Source of the DNA: Vulcanimicrobiota bacterium
Lineage (GTDB): Bacteria; Vulcanimicrobiota; Xenobia; Xenobiales; JADMJV01
Assembly: GCA_050250895.1 (NCBI GenBank)
Contig: JBFWNU010000004.1
Coordinates: forward strand, 686,934 to 750,933
DNA: 64,000 nucleotides
Reading direction: 5' to 3'
Below are positions 9,015-17,968 of this stretch, in pieces (the first letter of the stretch is position 1; each line of letters starts with the position of its first letter). Below the pieces are notes generated by a model that did no database searches, was not told the origin of the DNA, and saw nothing but the letters and a program-made list of their open reading frames with translations. The position numbers were made by a program, and so were the translations under genes.

Positions 9015-9103
9015 AGTAACTCCTGAGCACGGTCAGAAGGACGCTCTAGACATCTTAGCTGTCGCGTTCACGCCAGGGGGTTCGAATCCCCCAGTTCCCA
9101 CCA
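9015..9103 (+). pseudogene. Degenerate tRNA-like element (intact T-arm and 3' acceptor strand with ACCA; 5' half decayed)
   Basis: GGGGG-TTCGAAT-CCCCC-AGTTCCC-A-CCA at 9076-9103. GCG-TTCA-CGC variable-arm-like hairpin and TCCT..GGTCAGA..AGGA D-arm-like segment. No clean anticodon arm. Confidence 0.5.
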
Positions 9104-10228
9104 ATTGCAGCCGTTGTCTAATGGTAGGACGCCGGTCTGCCAGGCCGGAGGTCCGGGTTCAAATCCCGGTGGCTGCTTCTGTTGGACCTTCGACAGGCCG
9201 TCCTGCCCCAAGGCAGCGGTGGCCCTTCGCTCCGAGTCGCACAGGGCTAGCCATTCCCGGGACGCCACCGGACAAGGGAATGAAAGCCACAGCGGTAGCG
9301 GAGCTAAGTCCAACGATGGACCCAGGCAGGTCAGCAGGCCGTCGGTGACCTCTTCTAATTCTTGCAGTTCCCGCCCGAGCACCCCCGTTCGAGACAGGTT
9401 CAGCTGCAGGCCGGAACAGACGAGCAAAAGCCGGAAATTCCAACGACGGTAGCGCTCTAGAAGCTCCCATCCGTCCAGAGGATAGGACACACCGTCGACC
9501 ACAATCAGGCCTCGCGATTGATACCGGTCGATGAAGGCGGCATCGCGTTGGGAGCAGACCTGATTGCCCACCGTCAGCACCAGACTAAAGCTGTGGCATC
9601 CAACCTCGACCTGACTCGATCCCAGGTGGGTCGGCCAGCCTGTGAACACTGCTCGTCCGACCGAAGGAAACGGCCCGCGCGTTCCGAGCCAGACCCTGTA
9701 GGCAGCACAGCGCCCCAAATCCATCGGCGGATTGATCACCTCTCCGTTGATCGTGATGGGGACCTCCGCCGGAGCATAGCGACACCGTTCTCGCACCCGC
9801 GCGACCTCGCCCCAGCCAAAGCCGAGCCGGCGCGCCAACACCAGCCGGCAGGTCGACCCTGGCTCCGGTAGCTCAGACCCCAGGGCAAGGTCCTCGCCCA
9901 CCCGCACGCCGTCAAGCTCGGCAAGCAGCCCCTGTTTAAGCGCGTGGAGAATCCCGATGCCCAGCTCAGACGAGAGCAAGCCGTCATGGTAGAGAGGTTG
10001 GGCGCCCTGCCACTCCAGGGTCAGTAGGCGCAGCGAAGCCTCCAGCTGAAGACGCGTCGCCCCCGCCTTGAGAACGGCCGAAATCAAGAGCAGAATATAC
10101 TCGAATCGATCGACTAACTGATGCTCGAGAAGCTTGCCCCACCCCGCCCGAGCCGACAGGGTAATCCGTCCTCGGCCAACCGACCGCCCGGCCGAGGAGA
10201 GCTCCTGGAGGAACGCATCAAGTTGCAT
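9068..10228 (-). CDS. Hypothetical protein with degenerate GHKL/Hsp90-like N-terminal domain; 3' end reads antisense through the tRNAs
   Basis: MQLDAFLQELSSAG...G.ITL....KL..HQL.....YIL.LI..V...GA and RC.YAP.....ING are shared with 24793..25947. Confidence 0.7.
   Translation of the reverse strand: MQLDAFLQELSSAGRSVGRGRITLSARAGWGKLLEHQLVDRFEYILLLISAVLKAGATRLQLEASLRLLTLEWQGAQPLYHDGLLSSELGIGILHALKQGLLAELDGVRVGEDLALGSELPEPGSTCRLVLARRLGFGWGEVARVRERCRYAPAEVPITINGEVINPPMDLGRCAAYRVWLGTRGPFPSVGRAVFTGWPTHLGSSQVEVGCHSFSLVLTVGNQVCSQRDAAFIDRYQSRGLIVVDGVSYPLDGWELLERYRRWNFRLLLVCSGLQLNLSRTGVLGRELQELEEVTDGLLTCLGPSLDLAPLPLWLSFPCPVASREWLALCDSERRATAALGQDGLSKVQQKQPPGFEPGPPAWQTGVLPLDNGCNWWELGDSNPLA
9107..9177 (+). 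tRNA. tRNA-Gly(GCC), atypical sequence, CCA not encoded
   Basis: Acceptor GCAGCCG/TGGCTGC, D-stem GTCT/GGAC, anticodon arm CCGGT-CTGCCAG-GCCGG, T-arm CCGGG-TTCAAAT-CCCGG, U73 discriminator. Confidence 0.85.
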
Positions 10229-10423
10229 ACATCCCTGGTCGCCGGCCTCCCTTGACTCTTCCCTGCCCCGGTCTCCCAGCCACTCCTGGACTACTTTGCA
10301 GAGCCAGCCCGGCCACCGGTGCATCTAACCCCCATCTACCCAGCCCGACCTAAAATCAGGTCATGGAAGGTTACCCCTGCCTCGGGATCTCGAACAAAGA
10401 AAGGCCCAAGAGCGGTTAAGCAA

Positions 10424-11395
10424 ATGAAGCTAAACTCTATCAGTAAGCGAGAAGCTGTTCAACGTCTCAAGGCCTGGCAGGCGCGTCTGCTGGATACAGA
10501 GCAGACTGCCGCGGCGTCGGCCGTCTACCAGGCCCGCCACCGCCTGGAGGAAGCTGAGGGCGAAACGCTCTTAGAGACCTATTCGCGGGCACGGAACAGG
10601 ACCAACGACTGCCAGAAGGTCCACGAAGCCGTCATGAAAGAGAGACGGGACACCGGTCCGGCGCTGCTGGTTGGCGCGGGCTCGCTGGCACTGGGCATCT
10701 CTTCCTATCTAAGTACGGCCAGCCTGAACTTTGCCGCGATATGCACGCTGACATCGGCCTCCCTGGTGCCGATCTGGGGAGCCTGCCGGGGCGTCTTCGA
10801 GGTGCTTGCCGGCAAAGACTATACCGGGGTCCTGGCGGCTGGGTGCACGGCCGGCCTGGCCACCATGGCCGTAGCCGGCGTGTCACCTTCAGGTTGGCAA
10901 CTGAGCCTGGCGGCTGCCGCCATCACCACCGGTGGGCTTTTCGCCACGGCCTTCGGGGCGCAAAAGATGGCCGACCACTATGGCCAGATCAAAATGGCCG
11001 TAGAAGAGAACCTCGAGGTCTTCAACCGGCCGCCCCAGGCTGGTCCGAGCCTGAGCGCCAGGTGTAGCCGTCAAATGGTGTTGGAGACACTCGACAAGCT
11101 GACCGATCGGGCCCTCGAAGCCTCTCAATCCGACCAGGCCAGGCAACTCCAGCAGGAGCGGAGGGTCCTTGACGGGCTCGAGGGGAGCAACTTTCTGGAA
11201 ATGTTCGAGGACAGCCAGGCCCGGCAGCCAGGAGCGCGGGTCGTCCTCCAAAAGCATGCGAGAGTCGTTCTCCAGGTCGTTCGCGACCGCGACCAGATCG
11301 AGACCATGGCCAGAGGGTCTGCGGTCATGGGCCAATTGGTGGTCCGGGACGAATGGGTGGACGTAGGCGGCCAAGGCGTGCCGGTGCGCGACTAA
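10424..11395 (+). CDS. Hypothetical membrane protein (about 4 hydrophobic segments) with conserved C-terminal motif; true start uncertain (see finding at 10325)
   Basis: Long ORF. Ends VRDEWVDVGGQGVPVRD. Confidence 0.75.
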   Translation: MKLNSISKREAVQRLKAWQARLLDTEQTAAASAVYQARHRLEEAEGETLLETYSRARNRTNDCQKVHEAVMKERRDTGPALLVGAGSLALGISSYLSTASLNFAAICTLTSASLVPIWGACRGVFEVLAGKDYTGVLAAGCTAGLATMAVAGVSPSGWQLSLAAAAITTGGLFATAFGAQKMADHYGQIKMAVEENLEVFNRPPQAGPSLSARCSRQMVLETLDKLTDRALEASQSDQARQLQQERRVLDGLEGSNFLEMFEDSQARQPGARVVLQKHARVVLQVVRDRDQIETMARGSAVMGQLVVRDEWVDVGGQGVPVRD

Positions 11396-11421
11396 GGGCC
11401 TGTCAGGGATTAACAGGCTCT
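11395..11421. repeat. Short inverted-repeat element resembling IS5-family ends (minimal MITE or scar) between convergent genes
   Basis: AGGGCCTGT-cagggatta-ACAGGCTCT. 18/19 match to the reverse complement of 19585-19603. Confidence 0.5.
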
Positions 11422-12142
11422 AGCGAGGATGACCACCTGGCTGGGAGGAGCGGGCTGCTTTGAGCAACGGTGGCCCGAAGCGCGACACCGGGTTGGCAAG
11501 TCCCACCAAATGCCCGTCTTCGCTACCGCCTCCATAGTTGATGCCCACCAACTGTCCGGAACTGTTGAGGATGGGAGCGCCGCTGGTGGCGCGCAACTCC
11601 AGGCCGGAGTTCTTGTAGACGAACACGAGCATCCCTTCGTGCAGGCCCTGGTAAGTGGCCGGATGGAGTAGCTGTTCTTCGGGGGCCCCTCCCACGACCT
11701 GGGCGGCTAACCACACCGGGTCTCCTTTGCGGGGCATCGCCCCCAGCCTCAACGGCTTCAACTTGACTTTGTCCGGACACCAGAAAGCGGCGATGTCTCC
11801 GGCCTGGGCGGGAAGCGACAACGCTGTGCCAGCGCTGCCCGCGAGGGCGCGACCGGGCCCGATGGGCTGGAGGTTGTAGCCGTGGACAGTTTTGGCGAGT
11901 TGACCGGGGGCGATGTCCTGCGCGAGCCCGCCCGCCGGGCCAAACAGGTGGAGGGCTGTCAGGATGACCGGTCGGGAAACGCCTTCCAGCTGAACACAGC
12001 TGGCTGTGCCGGCTTCGACGCGTCCCAGGGACGTATCGAAGGTGGGACGATAGAGGATCGCCTCGACGCTTTTCGAGGGGGGCGCCGCCACCGAGGCTCC
12101 CAAAACTCCAACCAGGCAAAGGCAAAGAAGGCGAACTCTCAT
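11420..12142 (-). CDS. Secreted trypsin-like serine protease
   Basis: Signal peptide, LTALH, GDIA, ATSGAP..N..G.LVGIN. Confidence 0.85.
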   Translation of the reverse strand: MRVRLLCLCLVGVLGASVAAPPSKSVEAILYRPTFDTSLGRVEAGTASCVQLEGVSRPVILTALHLFGPAGGLAQDIAPGQLAKTVHGYNLQPIGPGRALAGSAGTALSLPAQAGDIAAFWCPDKVKLKPLRLGAMPRKGDPVWLAAQVVGGAPEEQLLHPATYQGLHEGMLVFVYKNSGLELRATSGAPILNSSGQLVGINYGGGSEDGHLVGLANPVSRFGPPLLKAARSSQPGGHPR

Positions 12143-12187
12143 GGCCAGGAGCTTCGTCGACCGGCACGCGCCCCCTCTATGCCGCTA

Positions 12188-13297
12188 TCAGCCCCTCTTA
12201 AAGATCAGCCGAACCTCGGTGCCCTGACCAGGCTCGCTAACAAGCTCTAGAGCAGAGTGCTGACTTCGGGCCAGGGCTCGCGCCAGGGGCAGACCGAGAC
12301 CGACCCCGCCCGAGAAACGGTCGCGGCTCGATTCCAGACGATAGAACTGCTCGAAAATCCTCTCCTGATGGCGTTTGTCGATACCGCGCCCTCGGTCTTT
12401 GACAGACACGATGACCTCCTCGGCCGAGCCGTACACGCGCACCTGTATCTCGTCGGTATTGGCATAGAGCACACCGTTGCGCATCAGGTCGTGCAAGATC
12501 CTGGCCGTCAGCCTTCGGTTGATTCGCGCTAGAAGCGAAGGACTGTCGCAAGAGAAAACCACCCTGGTCGTAACCTGAGAGCTGAAATCCTCCACCTGCG
12601 CGCGCACGAACTCACCGAGTTCGACCTCTTCGAGGGAGGGCTTTTCTACCCCGGTCTCGGCTCGCAAAAACAGCATCAAGTCGGCCACCATCTTCGACAG
12701 CCCCGAAGCGGCCTGCTGGATCTCGGTAATGACTTCGTCACGAACCTCTTGGGGCAGCTCGGCGCGCAAGAGGTCGAGGTCGGTGACGATGACCGTGAGG
12801 GGATTGCGCAGCTCGTGAGAAAGACCCAGCAAGGTACGCTGGACCATGGCCTCGATCTCCTGACTCGAGCCGTCCGGGTCGGGAGCAAGACGCTGGCCCA
12901 ACACCTCCAGGTGTCGCCACTCGAGAAAATTGCGAAGCAGGTTGGCCACGCTACGGAGCAGTCGCTGCTCCTCCACCAGAAAGACCTCGTCGGACCTAGC
13001 CTCGAACCCCAGGGCAGTGTCGCTGACCACGACCCGACCAACCTCGTCGCCCGAGAGTTCCAGCCTCTCGACCAGCGCCGGCGCGTCGGGATGATAGTTC
13101 GAGCTGCGATACTCCCGACCCAGGTATTCGATACATGCCCCGGCAGACTGCGGCCGTTGCCATCCAGGAGGCAAGGCCTCGACGACCTGCTGGAGCACCG
13201 TCTCGAGCGACTGCGACGGTTCGAGGGTGTATCGCTGCACCTCGTAAAGGCAGCCTAGCTCCTTCTCGCGCTCGCGGAGCGAATCCAACTCTTCCAC
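12188..13297 (-). CDS. Orphan cytoplasmic sensor histidine kinase
   Basis: SHELRNPL (H box), N box LMRNG, D.GRGI, FEQFYR, G.GLGL. N-terminal LREREKEL.CLY GAF-like region. Confidence 0.93.
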   Translation of the reverse strand: MEELDSLREREKELGCLYEVQRYTLEPSQSLETVLQQVVEALPPGWQRPQSAGACIEYLGREYRSSNYHPDAPALVERLELSGDEVGRVVVSDTALGFEARSDEVFLVEEQRLLRSVANLLRNFLEWRHLEVLGQRLAPDPDGSSQEIEAMVQRTLLGLSHELRNPLTVIVTDLDLLRAELPQEVRDEVITEIQQAASGLSKMVADLMLFLRAETGVEKPSLEEVELGEFVRAQVEDFSSQVTTRVVFSCDSPSLLARINRRLTARILHDLMRNGVLYANTDEIQVRVYGSAEEVIVSVKDRGRGIDKRHQERIFEQFYRLESSRDRFSGGVGLGLPLARALARSQHSALELVSEPGQGTEVRLIFKRG

Positions 13298-13315
13298 CTG
13301 ATGGAGTTTGTCCAG

Positions 13316-14521
13316 TCAGCGTCGAATCTCCCCCAGGGGAACGAGCTTCTGCTCTCGCAGACTGGCCGGCACGTCGATGAAGAGCAGCCCCTTCTTGGTG
13401 CACAGCAGCAGGCGCGAGCCCTCGGGGGGGAACGAGACCGAGGTGCCGGACATGAATTCCAGGTGGCCCAGTTCTTTGCCGGTGGCCAGATCATAGATCC
13501 CGCCAGGACCGCCATAACCCACTCCCTGCACGGCCATGCTCGAGCCGGGTAACCGCTCGGCTATGAACGGGACCCTGCCGAGCGACTCGCCGCTGACCGA
13601 ATAGCAGGTCAGGCCGCCTTCTCCATCGACCACGAAGCCCGCCCCGGGAGCCCAGTATTTCAGGGTGTCTTTGGGGCCACCCGTGAAAACGGCTTTGCCT
13701 TCGCTGTCGAGGACCACCAGGTTACCTGCTTGCTTCTCCCAACGCAGCCTGCCATCGGGGTGGGTGGGGAAGTCGGCCTCATCATCCGGAGACTCTTCCA
13801 CCCGCGAGAGGTCTTTCCAGGCATAGACTCCCTTGACGGCTCTCGATCCGTTGTCGGCCATGTGACGACAGAGCACGCCCTCCTGCCCCGGCTGGCCATC
13901 GAGAAACTCGCCGCCCAGGCGAACCTCGCGCAGCTTCTGGCCGGACGGAAAAGCATACAGTTGAAGTTTGTCAAAGCCTCCTCGAGCGAAGGACTTGCCA
14001 TCGGCGGCCCAGACCAGACTGTGCCAGCGCGTGTCGGGCCAACTCCAACTTTGCAATTGGCGGCCGGTCTGACCGTCGTAGAGCCGGGTGTGGGTGTCGG
14101 CCTGGGTCCTTCCGTGACTGGTGCCCCAAACCAACAATCCATATCCCTTTGGAGCAAAACGCACGCTATAGGCGCCCGGCGCGCGAGGATCGGCCACCGG
14201 CCCCCTGAAGTTCCAGACGAGCTTGCCGCTCTGGGCGTCATACACGTCCAGGCGACTGGGATAGTCTCCCACCGCTAGATAGCGTCCGTCCCAGCTGAGA
14301 GAAGCGTTGGCGACCCGGTCAAAGCCGTTCAGGCGAGCTTTGCGAGAAAATCGGGTCACATCGAAGACCGACACGAAATGCTCGCCCCAGACCGCCGCGG
14401 TCTTGCCGTCGGCGGAGAACTCGGTCTGGGGTTCCACCCCCGGATCGACCGCGATTTGAGGAGCAGGTTCAGCCCAGACCACCAGGGTCAACAGCAACAA
14501 TAGGAACGTTCTCGTCAGCAT
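13316..14521 (-). CDS. Exported WD40/YVTN-type beta-propeller protein
   Basis: Start re-assigned to MLTRTFLLLLLTLVVWA (signal peptide). Repeated FSADG/SWDG/WAADG and YD..SGK motifs. Confidence 0.8.
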   Translation of the reverse strand: MLTRTFLLLLLTLVVWAEPAPQIAVDPGVEPQTEFSADGKTAAVWGEHFVSVFDVTRFSRKARLNGFDRVANASLSWDGRYLAVGDYPSRLDVYDAQSGKLVWNFRGPVADPRAPGAYSVRFAPKGYGLLVWGTSHGRTQADTHTRLYDGQTGRQLQSWSWPDTRWHSLVWAADGKSFARGGFDKLQLYAFPSGQKLREVRLGGEFLDGQPGQEGVLCRHMADNGSRAVKGVYAWKDLSRVEESPDDEADFPTHPDGRLRWEKQAGNLVVLDSEGKAVFTGGPKDTLKYWAPGAGFVVDGEGGLTCYSVSGESLGRVPFIAERLPGSSMAVQGVGYGGPGGIYDLATGKELGHLEFMSGTSVSFPPEGSRLLLCTKKGLLFIDVPASLREQKLVPLGEIRR

Positions 14522-14553
14522 CGCCGGGGGTTCTCCCTGGGTGCAACCAACTC

Positions 14554-14904
14554 CTAGACGGGGGTCTGTTGGTGAGCGACCAGTTGCCAGCGGCCGTCTT
14601 GCTCGCGCCAGACCGAGGTCATCCAAGCCTCGTAGGGGTCTTGTCCCCCGCGCTCGGCCACCACGTGATAGCTCAAAGCCACCATTTCGTCGTCGAGCTC
14701 CAACCACTCGACCTCGTCGAACTGATGCGATGTCCAGCCGCAGTTCTGGCGGGCCGCGTTCACGCACTCGGCCTTGGTAAGGCGCCCGAGGCCTGGCACC
14801 ACCAGCATCGCATCATCGTCGACCACGCGGCGATAGAAATCGGCGCTGCCGTCTTCAAAGAATCCATGTTCCAGCTTCATGACTTCGTGCATATTCTGAT
14901 TCAA
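14554..14904 (-). CDS. NTF2-like / DUF4440 family protein
   Basis: C-terminal TSVW...DGRWQLVAHQQTP. Confidence 0.85.
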   Translation of the reverse strand: MNQNMHEVMKLEHGFFEDGSADFYRRVVDDDAMLVVPGLGRLTKAECVNAARQNCGWTSHQFDEVEWLELDDEMVALSYHVVAERGGQDPYEAWMTSVWREQDGRWQLVAHQQTPV

Positions 14905-14955
14905 GCGAACCCGGCTGGATTAGACCACATCCTGACGGGTCCTGGGGGGGCACCC

Positions 14956-16488
14956 CTATAGGAAGGCAGGCTTCTTGTTCATGAACGTAGCCAGACCGTT
15001 CCAGCCAAACGACGGCACGCCGAAGCCCTGAGGATTCTGGCCCGGCTCGGCCAGGGGATGAAAATACTCGTAGAAATCGGCCCGGTCGAGCGCCTCGAAA
15101 GTGGAGCTGCGAATCTTCTCGGACATGGCCCGGGCCAGCACATTATCGGGATTGCTCTTGAGGTGCTGCTCAAGACCGCAGCGGGTGAAAAAGTTGACGA
15201 TGACCCAGATATTGCCGCGCCAGTAGTGGTCGTTGGGATTCTCGAGCATCTGCGTGGGCACGCTGGGATCGTCGAGCGAGGTCGTGGGCACGCTATACCC
15301 GTCGGGCGGATTGAACTCGCCGGGATTGAGCAAATGGTTGGCAATCAGGCTGGTCCCATGGGGCTCGCCCTCGAGCAGCATGGGATAGAACATGGCGGCG
15401 CTCTTGACCGGCGACTTGCGCTCGCCGATGAGGTCGCAATACTTGTCGCCATCCCACATCTTCTCGAAGATGGCAGCTTTGACTTCGTCGGCCCGCTGCT
15501 GATAGTGGTCGGCCCGGTCGGGCTGGTCGGCGGCTTGATACAACCGCGCCAGACACTCGAGATTCTTGGCGTAGAGAGCGTTGAAATCGACCGGTTTGAC
15601 GGCGAAGTCGCCGCTCTCGAAGATCTTGTCGAGGTCCCAGTCCAGGGCCTTATACTTGCAAAACAGACCCATCTTACGCACATCGATCTGGCTGCGCTCG
15701 ATGGGAGCCTCGGGCCGCCCCAGGCCGATGGTCTCGTCCCAACGCTGGCTATTGTCCCAGCCGCTCTCCCAGGGATGGATGATGCGGACCAGGCCGTCCT
15801 CGTCGGCCCGCCGGTCGTGAAGATAATCATAGTAGGCCGAAAGCTTCGGCAGCATTTCTCCGAGAAAGGCCTGGTCGTCGGTAGCAGCCTGCAACTCGAG
15901 AGCGGCCATGGCCAGGATCGGAGGCTGGGTGATATCAGAGTGCACCGGGCTCGACCAGTAGCCCTGACAGAATTCAGCGCGCTCGCTCTCGGGCACCAAC
16001 CGGCGACCGTCGGGCGAGTCGAGAAAACGCTGGTAATGCGGCTGGGCCCAGGTCGGCACCCGGCTGCCGTCGCCGTGGAAGTAGTTCATGTGGGGCACGA
16101 AGCCCAAGTCTTTCGAGGCGGGGTCGCGATTCTGGTTGGCGAAAACGGCGCGCAGCTCGGACTGAGCCACCTCGGGCTCGGTCCAGGCTAGATTCATGAC
16201 GTGAGCGGCCGAGTCCCAGAGCCATTGCTTGCCACCATAGTCGAGGCGCGAATCTTGAGCGCCGTCGCAGCGACTGGGAGTGGTGAAGGTATGCTCGGCG
16301 CCGGCGGGGTCGACGACCTTGACCCGATTACCGCTGAGAATCTGATAGGCTTTGAGGGTCACGGCCATGTCGCGTTCGCGCTGGGCCGCTCCCAGCTCCA
16401 GCTGGTCTTTGGGTCCAGAACTGGTGGGACGGGTGGCTGACCGAACCACGGGACGTGACGGCAGGCCGGGGAGTGAAGTGATGAGCAT
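14956..16488 (-). CDS. GH63/MGH1-like (alpha/alpha)6 glycoside hydrolase with low-complexity N-terminal extension
   Basis: QWLWDS, GFVPH, ITQPP, IIHPWESGWDNS.RWD, YWRG.IW, F.EYF.P, FGW. RBS GAGGAGG. Confidence 0.88.
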   Translation of the reverse strand: MLITSLPGLPSRPVVRSATRPTSSGPKDQLELGAAQRERDMAVTLKAYQILSGNRVKVVDPAGAEHTFTTPSRCDGAQDSRLDYGGKQWLWDSAAHVMNLAWTEPEVAQSELRAVFANQNRDPASKDLGFVPHMNYFHGDGSRVPTWAQPHYQRFLDSPDGRRLVPESERAEFCQGYWSSPVHSDITQPPILAMAALELQAATDDQAFLGEMLPKLSAYYDYLHDRRADEDGLVRIIHPWESGWDNSQRWDETIGLGRPEAPIERSQIDVRKMGLFCKYKALDWDLDKIFESGDFAVKPVDFNALYAKNLECLARLYQAADQPDRADHYQQRADEVKAAIFEKMWDGDKYCDLIGERKSPVKSAAMFYPMLLEGEPHGTSLIANHLLNPGEFNPPDGYSVPTTSLDDPSVPTQMLENPNDHYWRGNIWVIVNFFTRCGLEQHLKSNPDNVLARAMSEKIRSSTFEALDRADFYEYFHPLAEPGQNPQGFGVPSFGWNGLATFMNKKPAFL

Positions 16489-16505
16489 GGGGCCTCCTCT
16501 CTTTC

Positions 16506-16537
16506 AAAGTAAGAGAAAGCCCTGAAAAATCGTTGAA
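16506..16537 (-). promoter_or_regulatory. Direct-repeat promoter TTCAA-n6-TTCAG-N10-TACTTT
   Basis: Read directly on the minus strand. Same geometry as at least 7 other promoters in the window. Confidence 0.65.
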
Positions 16538-16539
16538 GC

Positions 16540-17451
16540 CTACTCGCCCGCCAGCACGTAGCCGGCGGCGGCGCCCGCCACAGCGCCCAGCCCGCCCACG
16601 ATCAGAGCCATTTGCATCGTCACCGGACTGGCCAGCCGTAGAGGGTTGGCCAGCGCCGGAACCATCACCGCAAACGTTCCCAGGGCGCCACCGAGGCCGG
16701 CCCCGATCAGCATCGAGCCGAGCGGGTCGCTCTGCTCGCTCTGAACGGTTGCAGTGCGCAGCAGGCCCGAGGCCTGGCCGAAGTTGCGCCGGGCCGACTG
16801 CACCTGACGCTCGCTGTCACCGAGCTCGCGGTCCATGAAGCCAAGTTCGCGCTCGATGCCGCGCAGGCTGTTGCCCACCAGGATGCCGTCCATCGACACA
16901 TCCACCCCGGGTTGGTCCATCTGGATCTGGCGGATGTGCATATCGGCCATGCGGACCTCGCGTTCGATGTTGCGATTACCGTTGTCAAAGCGGCGCCAAC
17001 CAATCCCGAGCGAGTCGACGGCTTGCGAGCCCTCTTCGAGCTGGGTAGCCGCCTGGCGCACTCGACCCAGCCGCTCGTCGCCGGCGGCCTCGAGATCCCG
17101 CAAAAGATCGGTCATGCTCTGTTTGGCCAGATCGACGCCGCGGTCGAGTTGGCCGTATTCCACCTCGCCCCGGCGCATCTGCATGGCCGCCGAATCGAGC
17201 TGGCGCGAGCCGTTGTCGAACTGCCGGTCGAGCTGATAGCCGGCCCAGCTCGAGTCGGTGGCGCGAGTGTCACGCTGAGCCTGGCTCTGGGGCATCCACG
17301 CCTGATCGAAATCGCGCTCGGCCGAGGCCAGATAGCGTTCGGTCTGAGAGTGGGTCTGACTGACCCGGTCAAGAGACGTGTTCGAGCCGTCAAGCTGGGC
17401 GGCCAGGCGCGCCAGGCGAGCGGCGAAAGGATCGCTTGCTGAGATGACCAT
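16540..17451 (-). CDS. Hypothetical coiled-coil protein with internal duplication and C-terminal glycine-zipper hairpin
   Basis: Two D..xD(S/V)S..G repeats. C-terminal GAGLGGALG...GGLGAVAGAAAG. Confidence 0.8.
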   Translation of the reverse strand: MVISASDPFAARLARLAAQLDGSNTSLDRVSQTHSQTERYLASAERDFDQAWMPQSQAQRDTRATDSSWAGYQLDRQFDNGSRQLDSAAMQMRRGEVEYGQLDRGVDLAKQSMTDLLRDLEAAGDERLGRVRQAATQLEEGSQAVDSLGIGWRRFDNGNRNIEREVRMADMHIRQIQMDQPGVDVSMDGILVGNSLRGIERELGFMDRELGDSERQVQSARRNFGQASGLLRTATVQSEQSDPLGSMLIGAGLGGALGTFAVMVPALANPLRLASPVTMQMALIVGGLGAVAGAAAGYVLAGE

Positions 17452-17514
17452 GATCGCACCCTAGTCAAGCAGGCCTGGGCCAGGTGTTGCCGGCAGATGA
17501 ACGAACCAACGGGT

Positions 17515-17946
17515 ATGCGACTCTGGTTGTTCTTTCTACTCACCCTCCCCTGCCTGGCCGGCCCGACCCTTGACGACCTCAAATGGATGAGCGGAGGCTG
17601 GGTCGACGCCACCACCGAAGAGAGTTGGAGTCGGCCCGCTGGCCACACCATGCTGGGCTACTCGCGCACCATCGAGGACGGCAAGACCGTCTTCTTCGAG
17701 TATCTGCGCATCGAAGAGACGGCCGATGGCATCTTCTACCGGGCCTCGCCTCTGGGTAAGAACGAGACCAGCTTTCGCCTCACCGAAAGCGGGCCCGGTT
17801 TGGCCGTGTTCTCGAACCCGGAACACGATTTTCCCAAGACCATTCGCTACCGCCGAGAGGGCGACTCGCTGACGGCCGAGGTCAGCGACGGCCAGCGCAC
17901 CGAGCGCTGGCAGTTGCGCCGGTCCCAGAAGGAAACAACCCCTTAG
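17515..17946 (+). CDS. DUF6265-like exported protein
   Basis: Signal peptide, L.WM.G.W, EE.W..P....MLG, FFEYLRI, F.NPEHDFP..I.Y. Confidence 0.85.
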   Translation: MRLWLFFLLTLPCLAGPTLDDLKWMSGGWVDATTEESWSRPAGHTMLGYSRTIEDGKTVFFEYLRIEETADGIFYRASPLGKNETSFRLTESGPGLAVFSNPEHDFPKTIRYRREGDSLTAEVSDGQRTERWQLRRSQKETTP

Positions 17947-17968
17947 CACCTGGAAGCCTTCCTCTGCG

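Noticed and set aside
9049-9065. Suppressor or Leu/Met anticodon in the tRNA-like element (TTA, TAG or CAT readings)
   Set aside because: No reading gives both a 5-bp stem and U33, so an identity cannot be assigned.
8725-9103. tmRNA (CTGGATTCG about 370 nt upstream of a T-arm plus ACCA)
   Set aside because: There is no GGGG 5' acceptor strand and no G3-U70 pair, and an intrinsic terminator lies in between.
17452-17495. Shared promoter motif upstream of 17451 (also 45354 and 42227)
   Set aside because: Only weak or mis-spaced matches were found, so they were not counted as instances.
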